DNA of 62,632 nucleotides, filler included, from Choristocarpus tenellus KU-1152 (Eukaryota > Protista > Phaeophyceae), in assembly GCA_964200185.2 (NCBI GenBank). It is 8 parts of 8 records of this genome, joined end to end, with 100 filler letters (N's around TTAATTAATTAA, not from the genome) between each part and the next. Parts side by side here need not be neighbours in the genome. Positions count along the whole stretch, not along the records: positions 1 to 7,694 come from CAXNAD020005741.1; positions 7,795 to 26,361 come from CAXNAD020000539.1; 6 more parts are not named here. One strand, written 5' to 3'. Shown here piece by piece: positions 1 through 13,000 of the stretch; positions within the stretch are counted from its first letter, which is position 1; each line of letters starts with the position of its first letter. Position numbers and translations under genes: made by a program. The notes below the pieces were generated by a model that made no database searches, was not told the origin of the DNA, and was given only the letters and a program-made list of their open reading frames with translations.

Positions 1-660
1 CTGTCAAACAGGTGCACAGTGACTGGGTGTAGGAAGCAAAATGTCGACACCAGGCATGCCCGTACCTGCCCCAGGGCAGGAGGTCAGGCGAGATAACACA
101 TCCCTATCGTAAAACGTCTCAGCCAACTATGCAAGAGGATGGACATCCCTTGCACTACGGAGGATGGTAGCCCCTTCACAGTTGACAGGAATTTCCGCAT
201 GGATCTAGTCTTACATGCAAGGGCACTCACAGGGGCAGGATCAGCCCCCCACCAGGACAAAGGCCTTCTACTAGATGTTACATTTGCGGAAGTACAGACA
301 ACCTCCCACCTCCCACACTCATCCACCAGCATTTGGTTTAGCTGGTGCTGCAGCTGAGGCACGAAAGCTCACCCACTACGATGGCTCTTTTGACCCTCGT
401 AGTTATAACCTCAACACCTTCACGGTGGAAAGTCTTGGGCGCCTCGGCAAGCAAGCGGAACATTTCCTGGGTGAGCTAGCTACGCACGCGGTAGGGAGGA
501 GAGGGACAGGAGTTACAGCAGAAAAGGAACTGTCAAATCCCACCTACACCAGATAGCCTCAGTCACAACGCAAGTAGCCCTATCTAGACGGGTTATGCGT
601 TTTAAGCTGGAGTCACCAGGGAGATGGGCAAGGAGTGACTTGTTAGATTCTTGGGATACT
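1..660 (+). mobile_element. Decayed 3' end of a non-LTR retrotransposon with CCHC knuckle and restriction-like endonuclease (CRE/R2-type RLE)
   Basis: Translation across stops and frameshifts gives C-TVTG-C...HARTC (zinc knuckle), RMDLV...LLDVT (PD..D) and AEARKLTHY...TFTVESLGRLG, the usual RLE motif order. A paralogous copy lies at 3990-5085. Confidence 0.75.
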
Positions 661-2989
661 TCCCTAGGTCCTCACTCTGGAGTGCAGGAATAGGTTTGAG
701 ACACAGGAAGGCAGTGGTACAACATAGTAATAAAACAGGAAATCGATTAACAATTTTCACTTTTATGACATTGTTACTTCTCTAAGAAATTTTCAAACAT
801 GTGAATAGTTTTCTTTAGTTTTTCCTCTGGCACATCTGTAAAATGTACCATTTATATAATTTCCAACACAAAACACCCGGTCCAGTCCGACGAACGAGAG
901 AACCGACTCGGTCTAAGTTGAGAACACTTTTCATTATAATGACATGCAGATTGCTTCACACGTTAAGGCATCTAGTAATTGTAGAATATACGGCTAATAC
1001 TTCATAGATAACATTTGGAACTAGATAAAGTAGTCGAGTGGTCTTCCTAATACGTTAGAGTGGTAGTACTGGCGTACATTTCCATATTCAATGGTCGTAC
1101 ACAGATGCAATCAGATCATATGGAATGCATCGTTGATAGCCAGGCGGTAGTATTCTGAAGTTGTTCTGACGTTTGACGTGTAGAATATATATTGACACAT
1201 GCTCCAGAAGACAGAGACTTTTGGCGAAGAGATTTGAGTCCATATAACACGTTCTAGGGCACAATAAAAACAGGTGAATTCATACAGACACACCTCAATT
1301 CGTATCCTCCAGTATCCAACAAAAACATAATAACTTGATTGTTGTATTGGTTGCTCAAAGATGGGCATGTTTGATCGGGCTGAATGCTGATGGGGTCTCA
1401 TAGAACCTTTGAATAAAGTACCCATCCGATGAAAAAAAGAGTGAAACTCTAATATGACAACCTTACATCACGCGAGGACGAGGACCCTATCATCGTCCAT
1501 CTGACAAACTACCAGACCCAAATATATATATAAATAGTTTACAGATCTCTTGATAGAATTGAAAAAAAGCATGGGACAGAAGCTATAAAAAAACACCTAT
1601 ACTGACATATAGACATATATATGTCCATTCTTTAAGTGCATAATCCTGGCTAGCTCTGGTGTTTTTATATAAAAAATTGGTTGTAATATTGTAATTAAGC
1701 TTTTAATTGAAAATTAATTAATATCTAATAAAGTTTATCTTCAACAAAATTTTCTTCCTTTAAGTTTAAGTTTGTTCTTTTAGTTTTTATTTAGTTTTAG
1801 AAATATATATATAATTCAATCACTTAGGCAGTTGTCAGCACTGACGTTTTTCACCCCTATTCTAAATTGCCATAAAACCTAAAGCTCCACCCATCCAAGT
1901 TCGTATTTAGATCTCTTCTGGTTGCAGTTACTCCTGGCAAAATTTCTGTAATGATCTTCACAACCCAAGCCCAGTTTTTGTCACTGGTATACAGGCAGGT
2001 AGTTTGTGTTAGACACCCGGCCAAGAGGAACACCGTAGAATTGGTCAGGGGACAGCGATCGAAACACCAATTCAAGGGCTTGGCTTGATGCCATGTGTAC
2101 CCATACATCTCGTAACAGTTAAGTTTAAAAGATACACAATATAATATTCATAAAAACATTTGGCGAATTTTGCCAAGTATCCTAGAAGGGGAGTGTCGTT
2201 GAGTTCAAGAGGTCACCGTGACTGACGTTTCTGGTGCTAAGGCTCCTAGCACTCTGGAGTGTATTTTGCGCTTGTGTGGACAAACATTCATCCCCTCTTC
2301 TACGGCCACGGACTGATGGGGTCTAGGTGCATCTCGGGCATGATAATGGGGGAGGTATAAGGCAAAACATTTGATGATACACCCCTTGTATTCAATTCAA
2401 CAGGGACTCAATCGACCTCCCTCTACGATACTATGTCTCAGTATAAACAATATGAACGTGTTATGTCGATAACAACAAATAATGCATGCTGAGGGACAGC
2501 GGTAAAGTGGTGTAGGAATGTGATTGACTGTATTTGGAGCATGTACGTAGTATGTATGTGTACGTGCAAGTCGACTAAGAATAAAGGCAGTATATCATCC
2601 ATGAAAGCGGTAATGGTTGAGTAAATGCAGTAATTTTGGTGGCCGTTATCGCACCCATAATCGATGATGGATGGGTGATGAGCTGGAGAGGAATGATACG
2701 TGTGTCTAGCAGATCACTAATCGCTCCTACTAGTTATACTATCGTCAGTACTGTATAGTAAGTAGTAACGACAGTGTTGTATTAGGAAAAACAGTGTGTG
2801 TGTTGCTCCATAGACCCTACCTAACAAGGAGTTTCTTTGGAATAGAGGACCAGCATAACAGTGTAATCTATCTCGTCAGTGATACAGTAATTGATTTATT
2901 TTATTGATTTTACACATTAGATAAAACACAGTCACAGAGTCACATTCGTAATTTTGTCTTTCATCCTTCTCCAAAAATCAAACCTCTTC

Positions 2990-3285
2990 ACAAATCATCA
3001 TTTGTTGTTCCTTCCTCAAGGACCAAGGATCTTCAGAGAGTGTCATCTTTTGCCCTTCCTCAAGGGACAGGATTAAGGTTCTTCACAGAGCGTCATTACT
3101 CGCTAATCAAGGGACATCACTCTACTCAGAGTGTACATCATTCGTCCTTCATCAAGGATCACGGCCTTTCACTGAGTGCCACCATTCGCCTGTCCTCAAG
3201 GCAAGACTCTACTCAGAGTATATATCGTTTGTCCTAAATTAAGGAACAAGGGTCTTCTCAGAGTAACATCAACACCATTCGACTG
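2990..3285. repeat. Degenerate tandem array, about 7 units of 40-50 bp
   Basis: The skeleton CATCATTCGTCCTTCCTCAAGG...TCTTCACAGAG recurs at roughly 45-bp spacing. Confidence 0.65.
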
Positions 3286-3773
3286 AGATAATAAGGTTAG
3301 TGCAGCATCCATGAAGAAATCTCCTCACCAGAATTTGTCAGGTTATACCAGGTGTTATGGGTCTCAATTCCCACCTTCCATTGTGGTTGGTTGGGGTCAT
3401 AGGGAAATAAGTATACAGTGTCAAATGTTTGATTAAAAGCAAGTAGATCGAGATTGTGTTGAAACATTCTGATCAAGTGAAGGCGTGCGCGCGAATCTAC
3501 CGATGGATGTAGTAGCCGTACTTTATTAATGTTGTTGGAGCAGGGTCGTTGATCCTGTTCTTGCGTTCACTGTATTACTGGCTCTTACGTTGCTTGACCC
3601 CCTCATGACACCATCCATAAAATCAAAATGTGCATCATATAATGGAAGTATAGAACCTCATTTTTTTTGTATGATACGCTCCATTGTGGTATAAGCTATT
3701 CTGTACGAGCTAATATTTCGTAGATGTTGTCATGGGGGGAGAAGGAGTTGTCTACGGCACACTAACGTGCTAT

Positions 3774-3931
3774 GGCTCAAAGTATCTGGGGGGGGGGGGA
3801 CTACACCAGGGTGTCCATTCGGGCCCTGACCAGCAGAAGTGCACTTACATTATCCATCCAACACATGCAACCAAATCTACCAGAAATCGCGACATGGAAA
3901 AATGGGCCCCGAATACCCCCCTCAAGATAGA
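3774..3931 (+). mobile_element. MITE family 2 copy, right end degenerate
   Basis: GGCTCAAAGTATCTGGG(G)n...CTACACCAGGGTGTCCATT...GTGCACTTACATTATCCATCC matches the copies at 28225, 28443, 29432 and 53189. Confidence 0.8.
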
Positions 3932-3989
3932 TTGAATTCATAGTGATTTTGACCATGATATATATTTTTATGGGCATACGTTGGAGAGG

Positions 3990-5085
3990 TATTTGCTGCG
4001 ACCATCTGCTCCAGCCCTATCATGCTCTGGTAGCATCAATCCACACTATTCTATCTGGAGGAAACTCATGCTGAGGACCTTGCTGCGATTGAAAGGCCAA
4101 GATTAGATAGAGTGGAGTGGTACAGAACCTCCGAAGCAAGACTTAGAAGTCCACACACCCTGGCACCAAATGATATATTAGGGACACCAAGACAGACCTC
4201 CCATGGAATCCCCCATCTCCTCAAAAGGGTCCCTTCGATGCCTTCCACTCCCTGTTGGTACACTACCCTGCGGATCCAAGACCTTGAAGGGAATCTTCGG
4301 CTATAACTTCGGCATGCCACAGCGGCCAGTGTGGGCAAGGGGTCAATGCAGGGGCAACTACTCAGCCCCTCGAATCCGCAAGGCCAACCAATCTTTGAGC
4401 TTAGGGGAGGCACTGTTCAACCACTGCCTTATGACTAAATGCAGAAGATGACACAAGACATCAATAATATGCACTCGCGAATATGCCCTAGAGGTGGAGG
4501 ACAAGTGTGGCAGCACATGCCGACGGTCGCACAACTACGTAGTGTCTGCAGGTGGATGAGCATCCCTCGCCTCCTGTATGGTTGGATTCCCTTCACTGTC
4601 GATAGGAATGGATGCAACATTCCATGTTGGGGCGCTATCCAATGCAGCTACTGCTCCCTGTTGCGAGAGGAAAAAGGAAAAGATCTCTCCCAGACGTAGA
4701 CTTTGCGACATTCAAGTTGACTGCACATACAATAATCAAAATCAAACAATTGGTGACGCTGTGTGCAGCTGAGCCCTGAACGCGCTGCCACTACAAGGGA
4801 TCTTTCGATTCTTGTAGTCTTTATCTCAACACCTTACGAGTGGAAAGCTTCAGGCACCTTGGCACATAAGTAGATTAAATCCTGGATGAACTATCAAAAC
4901 TACTCATGTGGTGGGCGGTTGGGGGGCTGGGGGTTTCAGCTGTAAGGGATCAGTGAAGGACACCTGCAACAGGTAATGTGCTCATAAAAGTCGAAAATTG
5001 CAATTTCAAGGCACGTCATGCGCTTCTATCTGGAGACGCTTGGCCGGTGGGCGAGGCAGGGCCTGACTGACTCATGGGGTACTTG
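3990..5085 (+). mobile_element. Second decayed RLE-type non-LTR retrotransposon fragment
   Basis: HSRICPRGGGQ, PFTVDR and downstream DNA are colinear with 1-660. Many stops and frameshifts. Confidence 0.7.
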
Positions 5086-5144
5086 TCTTGTTATAGATCG
5101 TCTTTACAGCAGTTCCAGCTGTGTTTACTATCGGACATATTTCA

Positions 5145-5381
5145 GAGCCAAAGTATCTTGGAGGAACAGCCGATTTCAAAAATTGAGGATGGAGCTTTTC
5201 ATTGAGGATGGGCTTGACCCAAAATTGACTGGGATAAAGTGTCGATATATATATATTTGTATCCATCCTCAATTTTTGAAATCGGCTGTTAGTAGGAAAA
5301 TGTCAATAAAAAAACCCATGGAAAGTCAAGCCCCAAGCGGACAAACAGCGCAAAACTCGTACCCTCTATGATACTTCCACT
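5145..5381 (+). mobile_element. MITE family 1 copy carrying an internal foldback insert
   Basis: GAGCCAAAGTATCTTGGAGG...TACCCTCTATGATACTTCCACT flanked by TTCA/TTCA. The interior 5165-5290 is replaced by a segment bounded by 29-bp inverted repeats. Confidence 0.8.
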
Positions 5382-7694
5382 TTCATGTTCATCATAGTGT
5401 GAACGGATTTGGTTTCGCGCAAATATACTCTACAACTATTGATGCGTTGGAAGGCATTTATTGTAACCAATACAAGGTCTGTTGTAATGTTATTTGTATC
5501 CTCTCTACCTTGTGTGGTCCTGGTATGGCAACATCTACAAAATCTTCTGTGCGCACAAAATAGACCCGTCCTGATTTGTCCTTGACGGATTCCTGGAATT
5601 GACATGTCAAACATGGCCTACTCTTCACTGGTGGTGACCTCACCCAACTGTGATTTGTCCTGTGGGAAGATATAATCTTAGCTTTTTTTGCAGTCATCGT
5701 CTAAGTTGGTAGTTTATTTTATGTGTGAATGTACACATTGTCACTATTGTTTTGAATGGAGTTCAATATTATTGTTTTCATCTGTGTTGAACTCATAATA
5801 ATAATGGTTCTACTCCCTTTGAGTGTCTTACGATTTGCAAAAACAACAGTTTCGAAACCTGTAGGGAAACTAAAGGAAGCAGCAATGTGGTTTGGTTAGA
5901 AGTACCTTCACGCATTTGCTCTAGCAAAGATCTCATGCCAGGCTGTACCTGAGTTCCATAAGCGTGACGTTGTGTCACCACAACACTGGGAGTACCAGTG
6001 CGATTGCTATAGATTGACGGGGCTGGCGTATTCCATCTACCGCTGCCATCGATCGATGTATGAGTTGAAGTGGCGAGACTCATGAGTAACTCCCCGTTAA
6101 CGTTATGGGAGGTCTCCCTCCCCGACCTAGGGGCATTACCGCTGTGGCGTGCCCAACCCCAAATCTCCACACTCTATGAAATCGTTCGACCATTCAAGGG
6201 AAAACATCCAATTGTGTTGAATGGTGTACGCATATCCGGGCGAAAGGTATGCACACAGGAAGCCTTAAAGGTTATTGGGTGCCGCCCTCGTACTAATTCG
6301 ATCTACTCTTATTATAGCGCAGTGTTAGAAACAACGTTCGAAGTCTGTAACTCTATAAAATTTTACTCCGGACAGGTTTCATAAGGATAGTGCCACAATA
6401 CCTATCCATTCAATATATCATGAACCAACCTTTCTAACCCTCGTATCTGTGTGGACGGCCACCACTCTTGGAATCGAAGGTCGTCCTTGGTGTGTGGGTA
6501 GTTGCCGCCGGAGAGGCAGTTTATGTGAGTGCATACGACTACAAGTCTGTCAAAACCCTCGAGATGACGATCGGACAAGGTTGGTGGGCGGAGCTTGAGC
6601 TTCCACCTCTCACCATGCTATCTGTCCCTGACCTACGCGGCTTTGTCAGTGAGTTACAAATTTGCGGACGGACGTAAAAGTGCAGAGAACCAATGTAATT
6701 TCGTTGACAAATTTGACAAGGAGATCTTGCACCAGCGATATCAAGAACATGCAGGAGAAGCTGTCACATTGAACAAATGCAGACACTCTCAGGCACTTCC
6801 CATAAGGTATCACGAGTAGCACCAGACCACTATTCTCTCCTCTTCACTTGGCGATTGAAGCCTTCACTTGCTAGCTTCCCAGGAGAAACCGATGCGTATT
6901 TGCATTGATCCTAGAAGCCTCCTACTTCCACCCTTCTTCTGCTTCTTGCCATCTGCCCACAACTTCGCCACTCACCAGAGGTTGAATTTTTTTTTCCATC
7001 TTTGACAATACTCCATCTGTAGTTTTAACTACTTTGATTCTTACCTGTTATTACTCTACCTACTTGAAGGCTATCTCATCCACGGCATCACTCTGAAACT
7101 TCCAGACGCGGATATCAAGGGACGAGTCGACATGAACAAGGCCTCACTTGTATTTGACCCAGGACTCCCCCCTCCATCAATCACATCATCTCTTTTGCGG
7201 ACAACTCCAAGGGTGGGTAGTGAAAAGGTCAACTGGGGAGAGGATATCCTATGGAGAGGCATGCGATGCTTTGGGCAGCAGATCATGCTCATTGTGTGCT
7301 TCTGTGATGTAAGTACCCTGTTAGCATGAAATGTTTTGCCTTACCTGTATGGAAGCTGATGGAAGAAGGGGTAGCTTGTAGGAAAAGATCAGTTACATAT
7401 ACTTTGGTCCCCCTTAAATGTAATATGTAAGGGGCCAAACTGCATGAGACCTTATCTGAAGACTGGGCCAAGACGTGTGCTTTAGATTGTGCAAAATGGT
7501 GTCCTTATGTGCTTGAGGACTCCGCAGAGAGGTTGAAGAGAAGTATAAGTGATGGGGTGAACTTTATGACCAAAACTTCTGAGCAGAAATAAATTTCAAA
7601 ATCTGTTGAGATGCTACTTGAAGAAAAATATCAATGTAAAGCATCTTGCCAGCTCATCAGCCGCCTCAAGATGTTGGCTCAAAGTATCTGGGGG

Positions 7695-7794
7695 NNNNNN
7701 NNNNNNNNNNNNNNNNNNNNNNNNNNNNNNNNNNNNNNTTAATTAATTAANNNNNNNNNNNNNNNNNNNNNNNNNNNNNNNNNNNNNNNNNNNN
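7695..7794. other. Artificial contig linker N44-TTAATTAATTAA-N44; also at 26362-26461, 29529-29628, 37696-37795, 43636-43735, 50763-50862 and 56464-56563
   Basis: The same 100-bp spacer occurs seven times. Its 12-mer places stop codons in all six frames. Confidence 0.97.
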
Positions 7795-8729
7795 GGTTCC
7801 TCACGCGCGTATACTGCTCGCGCCAGTCAAAGCACGGGAAGAAATACTCGCGCTACTCGCCTGTAACAGTAGATGATTGGTTCGTGCCTAATACAATGGG
7901 TAATAGCCAACATTTGTTCCGTGAGTTCTTCTCTTCGAAGTTGGAGAAGGGGGCGAATCCGCTCCTGACCTTAACTCAATTGGAGGGGCTACGGGGGAGA
8001 ATGCTATCAATGGACCTCGTCATCTCGGACAAGCTGCTGCTCCTACAGTTCCTGAGTGCTCTCGGATCAGATTACGATACCGAGATACGGATGATGGCCT
8101 CGCAGAGGACACTATGTTGAGGAGACGTAGAGAAAACAGTCAGAGAGCGGCATGCTTCCCTTCATCAGGGGAAGGACTCAAGACACAAGAATAGCAACCC
8201 TTTGGTTGTCAGCAGCTCATTACAGAGGAAGAATCAGTCTCATCGTAACGGCCAAGGTCGTGAGGTTGAACGTAAATTTCATGGTGGAAGAAAGAAGAAT
8301 GGTTCTAATTCCAACCCTAAAATTTCCGAGAAGGTTCCTTGAGAGAGATGTGGTAAGAATGGATATGAGAAATGAGCTTGCCCAACCCGCATTTGCACTA
8401 AGTGCGGTGGATGTGCCCATGATGCTACAACATGTACTTCAGTGTTCATGACTACTATGGTGGAGACTCCACTGATGACTCTCCGAGCAGCAATGTTCCA
8501 GGCAAGTGTGGGGTAAATGAGTGTTTGGTGTCAAGTGTTGGGGTTAGCCGTGAAAGAGAAAAGTGGATTTTCGACATTGTGGCAACATATCACATAACAA
8601 ACATGGTGACACAAATGACTAACTACACGCCTTGTGTAGCAGATTGAAGGATAGTCACTGCCAGCCAGAATTCCTCTCGCATCGCTGGTCATGGTGATCT
8701 AGCCATCTTGTTTCCCACATGTGACAACA

Positions 8730-8990
8730 GAGTCAAAGTATCTTAGGAGGTAGAGCCACGTCCATTCGGGAGTCAATATCCAATGTTGCGATTTTGATGT
8801 AATTTTGGCTATCGTGTTTGTTTGGAAGTGTCAATATCCTTGTTCCTGACACACTTTTTCATAACATACACATTTTACCTACTACTACATAAGATTTCAG
8901 GGTAGGAAAATGTCAAAAAGAAAATGTGGGAAGCCAAGCCCCAAATGGACAAACAAGGCAAACCTCGTACCCTCTAAGATACTTTCACTT
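8730..8990 (+). mobile_element. MITE family 1 copy inserted in Copia protease, TSD AACA
   Basis: AACA|GAGTCAAAGTATCTTAG...CTAAGATACTTTCACTT|AACA. Removing it restores PTCDNKEVEILLQNVAHVP. Confidence 0.92.
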
Positions 8991-9538
8991 AACAAGGAAG
9001 TAGAGATACTCCTCCAGAATGTCGCGCATGTCCCAGATCTTGGATTCAACCTTTTTTCTTGCCAAGTCGCCGCAGATATGGGTGCGAAATGCACTTGCAT
9101 AGCCAGGACATTTTCTTTACTAAATGGCAAACCTATCTTCACAAGAAATCCTTGTTGTCATTATACCCTCGATGATCAATGCATATTGCTACGACCAGGT
9201 CGAAATGCTGAAGTTGCTTGAAGGCCACCATAGCCCCCTCCCTTGCACCTCACACTCCCCACACCAACGTCAACACCAACCTCTTCCATCGCTCTTATGG
9301 TCACATACATGAGGCATTGATCAAGTCCATCACCACTTCGATGGGTATTACATTGGTGGGTGAGCTGGAGCCATGTGCAGCCTGCTCAATGAGCAAGGAA
9401 ATACGTAAGGGCGTCCGGTCCAGCACGTCTACAAGGGCGGTGAGAATGCTGTGTCGGGTTCTTGTTGATCTAAGTGGGAAAAGGGCTACCCTTTCAATCG
9501 GTGTTAAACAATACACCATGATAATCCGTGACGATTAT

Positions 9539-10059
9539 GAGTAAAAGTATCTTGGAGGGTACGAGTTTTGCCCTGTTTGTCTGTTTGGGGCTTGGCTTCC
9601 CATGGGATTTTTTATGACATTTTCCGACTCCAAAATATTTCGGAGTAGGAAAGAGTGAAAGTATCATAGAGGGTACAGGTTTTTCCCTGTTTGTCCATTT
9701 GGGGTTTGGCTTTCCTCGGGGTTTTTATGATATTTTTCTACTCCAAAATATTTCGGAGTAGGCAGAATGTGTACGTTATGAAAAAGTGGGTCCATAACAA
9801 GGATATTGACACTCCCTAACAAACATGATAGCAAAATATTACATCAAAATCGCAACGTTGCATTTTGGCCGCCAAATGGATGCAGCTCTACCCTCTAAGA
9901 TACTTTGGCTCAAAAATGTGTATGTTATGAAAAGGTGTGTCCAGAACAAGGATATTGACACTTCCTAACAAACATGATAGCCAAAAATACATCAAAATCA
10001 CGACATTGGATTTTGGCCCCCAAATGGACGCGACTCTACCCTCTAAGATACCTTGACTC
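9539..10059 (-). mobile_element. MITE family 1 copy (TSD TTAT) with a second family 1 copy nested at 9653-9911
   Basis: TTAT|GAGTAAAAGTATC...GATACCTTGACTC|TTAT. The inner copy GAGTGAAAG...CTTTGGCTC is flanked by GAAA/AAAA. Removal restores integrase IRDDYSRFVCLYFL. Confidence 0.92.
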
Positions 10060-13000
10060 TTATTCTCGTTTTGTTTGCTTGTATTTCCTTCGTGCTAAGT
10101 TGGATGCCGCCAGACGCATAAAATGTGGTATGGCACCCCTGCATCCCTGTTAACCTAACAATTTCTTCAACCTGGTTTATTCCGTCTTAGTAAAACCCGC
10201 AAGACTTTCTCCCAAAAGCTCAACGGTGTTTTTACCTGGGACTGGGGATCAATCACCCCCGTGATGCGTACCGTGTTCTTACTTCGACTGGTACCATAGT
10301 TACTACACATAACCTGACCTGGCTATCCACTAAGGACCCTAGTATTGCCCCAGTAGGAGAGGTTGCCACTGCTTTGCAAACGGAAGGGGGGGAGCTTGAT
10401 GCAGACCCTCGTTCTGAGGACAAGTTTTCCCATCCCAAAGCAGGTGGCTCACCATTAGATGTAAAATCTACTTGTTCATCTCGCTCCTCCACTTCGTCCC
10501 TCGCTGATGACTCTTCCTGTAGCGAAGGAAATGAGGACGGATTTGTTCTAGGTGAAAGGCCATCCTTTGGCCACAAAGGAGACGGTTTGACTGATGATCC
10601 TCCCCATAGTGAAGGGAGCGTAGGTCAGATTGTCAAGGATCTGGCTGTTGACCCTTCCCCTCGTGATGGGGAGGGAGGTCAGGTTGACATGTGTCTGTCC
10701 AGAGACACTACCCGAGATGGTGAAGGGAGTATAGGATATATCTCATCCTTGAGCTCACAGTACCTGCCTCGGGTAGGTGCTGATCCAACAACTACTTGTA
10801 CTGCAGCTCGCCAGCTGGAAGACTTTCTTCCCAATCCAGTTCGTGAATCTTGCGTTGAGTTGGGTAGGACTAGGCAGGAAACTCGTGCCAGAGCTGAAGG
10901 GAGTGCAGGTGTTGGTAATGTGATGTCTCTTGTTGCTAGTGTAGAGAGGAAACATGTTGCTTATACCTTGGTTGTACAGCCCACACCTGAGTCTGTGTTG
11001 ATGAGTAACCCCCCGCATGGTCGTCTTGTTTCTGAGTTGGGAACAGCCCCTCAATCTTATGCTGAGGCTCAAAAGTCTGAACACTGACCGGTATGGGAAG
11101 AGGCCATGTCTAAGGAGTTTGATGGTTTCTTGGACATAGGTACCTTCAGTGCTGCAGATGTACCTCTAGGTCGTAAGGCTGTTGGTTCCAAGTGGGTGTT
11201 CAAGTGGAAGAGTGACCCTTTCGAAATGTTTAATAGGGCTATGGCTAGGTTAGCTGCTCAGGGTTTTGGTCAGGAGTATGGTCTTGATTATTTCGAGACC
11301 TCTGCCCCCACTCCCTCCCCCTCATCAGTTAGGCTGATGGCCAGTATGGCATGTGAGTTGGACTTGACATTGTGGTACCTAGATATGGAGCAGGTGTTTT
11401 TTCAATCCGACTTGGATGAGGAAGTGTATATGTGCCTCCGACAGGGATGTGGAGATCTCTCTTATATGACCGTACACCTTCACAGATCCCTGTATGGTTT
11501 AAAGCAAGCCTCTAGGACTTGGAATACCAAGCTGGTTTCCAACCTTAAGCGCAATGGTTTTGAGCAGTGTCTGATTGACCCGTGTAGATTTAAGCTCAGG
11601 AGGGATGGTGTTGTCAAGATGATGCTTGCTGTTCATGTCGATGATATGATGGTTTTGGCGTCTGGTGATGATTGCAACGATCTTTGTGCGTCCCTGAATG
11701 AAGAGTTCCCAACCAAAAACCTTGGCGTATTGTCTCAGTTTTCTGGTTGCACTTATACAAGAGATTGGAAGCGTGTTACCCTCTCCATTACCCAGACTAA
11801 CTACAGCGACATCTTGTCTAGACGTCTTTCCATCCAATTAACCACCCCCATCCAGAAAGCTTGGAATTTGGGAGGGGGACAATATCTCAAAGGATTGTCC
11901 CTTCCGAGAGGTAGTTGGAGGGTTGATGTGGGTCAGTGACATGACCAGGCCAGACTTGGCTAATGAAGTAAGAGCTGTTACCCGTCATTCGCATGCTCCG
12001 AGCCAAGTACATTGGGGAGCTGTGACCCAGATCCTCAAGTACCTCAGAGGGACGCGAGAGTTGGGTCTAACCTATCGGAAGGCACAGAATTGGATTTGAT
12101 GACCTACGCTGATGCAGATTTTGCCTATGAGCCTTTCAACAGATGTTCTGTATCATGGGGGACAGTGATGTGTGGGGGAGCAGCAGCTGGTTGGCTTTCC
12201 AGGACCCGTGTCATAGCACAGTCGACTGCAGAGGCAGAATACACAGCCATGGGGGCCTGTGTCACGGAGTTGTTTCTGCGAGGTGTATTGGAGTTCTTGC
12301 AACATGATAGGACTGGGTTGTGTTATGTAGTGTATGAGGATAACACAGGAGCCATCCATTTGGCTGACAACCCTTTGAGTTCTGGGAGGACTAAGCACAT
12401 AGATGTGCGACATCATTTCTTAAGGGACTTGGTAGCCAATGGACAAATAAAGATTGTTCATGTTACCTCCGATGAGCAGCATTCACATGTGTTGTCCAAG
12501 CCGTTAGCAGAAGAATCATTTTGGAGGCATGCAAGGACTTTGCTAAAATTAGACTATGTTTAATGGTTTGTTTCTTGCTGAATTTGAATTTGTTTTTTGA
12601 GTGAGTTCAATAGCTGGTTGTCTCTTGTCATATAGGATTGACGTGAGGAGTCTCCTAGGATCCATAATCCATAATTGTACCTTGTCAGTTCTCAAGAGTT
12701 GTTTGAGCTAGGGAGGGCGTTCAATTAGACTCTTTCAACTCTATCGGACAGTTATGGTAAACTGTATATGGAGTAAGAGAACGATCAGTAATGATGAAGT
12801 TGATCAGAACCTTTTTATTAGTGATTAGCTATATGAGAACAGTTATCATATAAAAGGAAATATTTATGATTTTATGGGGTGCTGCATGCCCCACTTAGCT
12901 TTAATCAATCACTCTACAGACATCAAGCAACCCCCTGGGTTTATCACCTTTGTTCTTTTGGATGAATTGGGTGATAGTTTAACAAGATCCTGTTTGTATT

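Larger units (their letters stand above)
7900..12985 (+). mobile_element. Decayed Ty1/Copia LTR retrotransposon (gag, zinc knuckles, protease, integrase with internal deletion, RT, RNase H, probable 3' LTR)
   Basis: gag FLSALGSDYD; knuckle CTKCGGCAHDATTC; protease WIFDIVATYH and LQNVAHVPDLGFNLFS; HRSYGH..CAAC; IRDDY/SRF; RT 11106-11939 (KWVFKWK, SLYGLKQASRTW, HVDDM); RNase H YADADF...RTKHIDVRHHFLRD, stop at 12563; purine tract 12705-12717 then about 270 bp ending TTTAACA. Confidence 0.95.

Noticed and set aside
1500-1840. Weak inverted repeat around an AT-rich block
   Set aside because: Only about 9 bp plus an (AT)n match, with no TSD and no second copy.
2990-3285. CRISPR-like array
   Set aside because: Units are diverged along their whole length, there are no identical repeats with unique spacers, no cas genes, and the context is eukaryotic.
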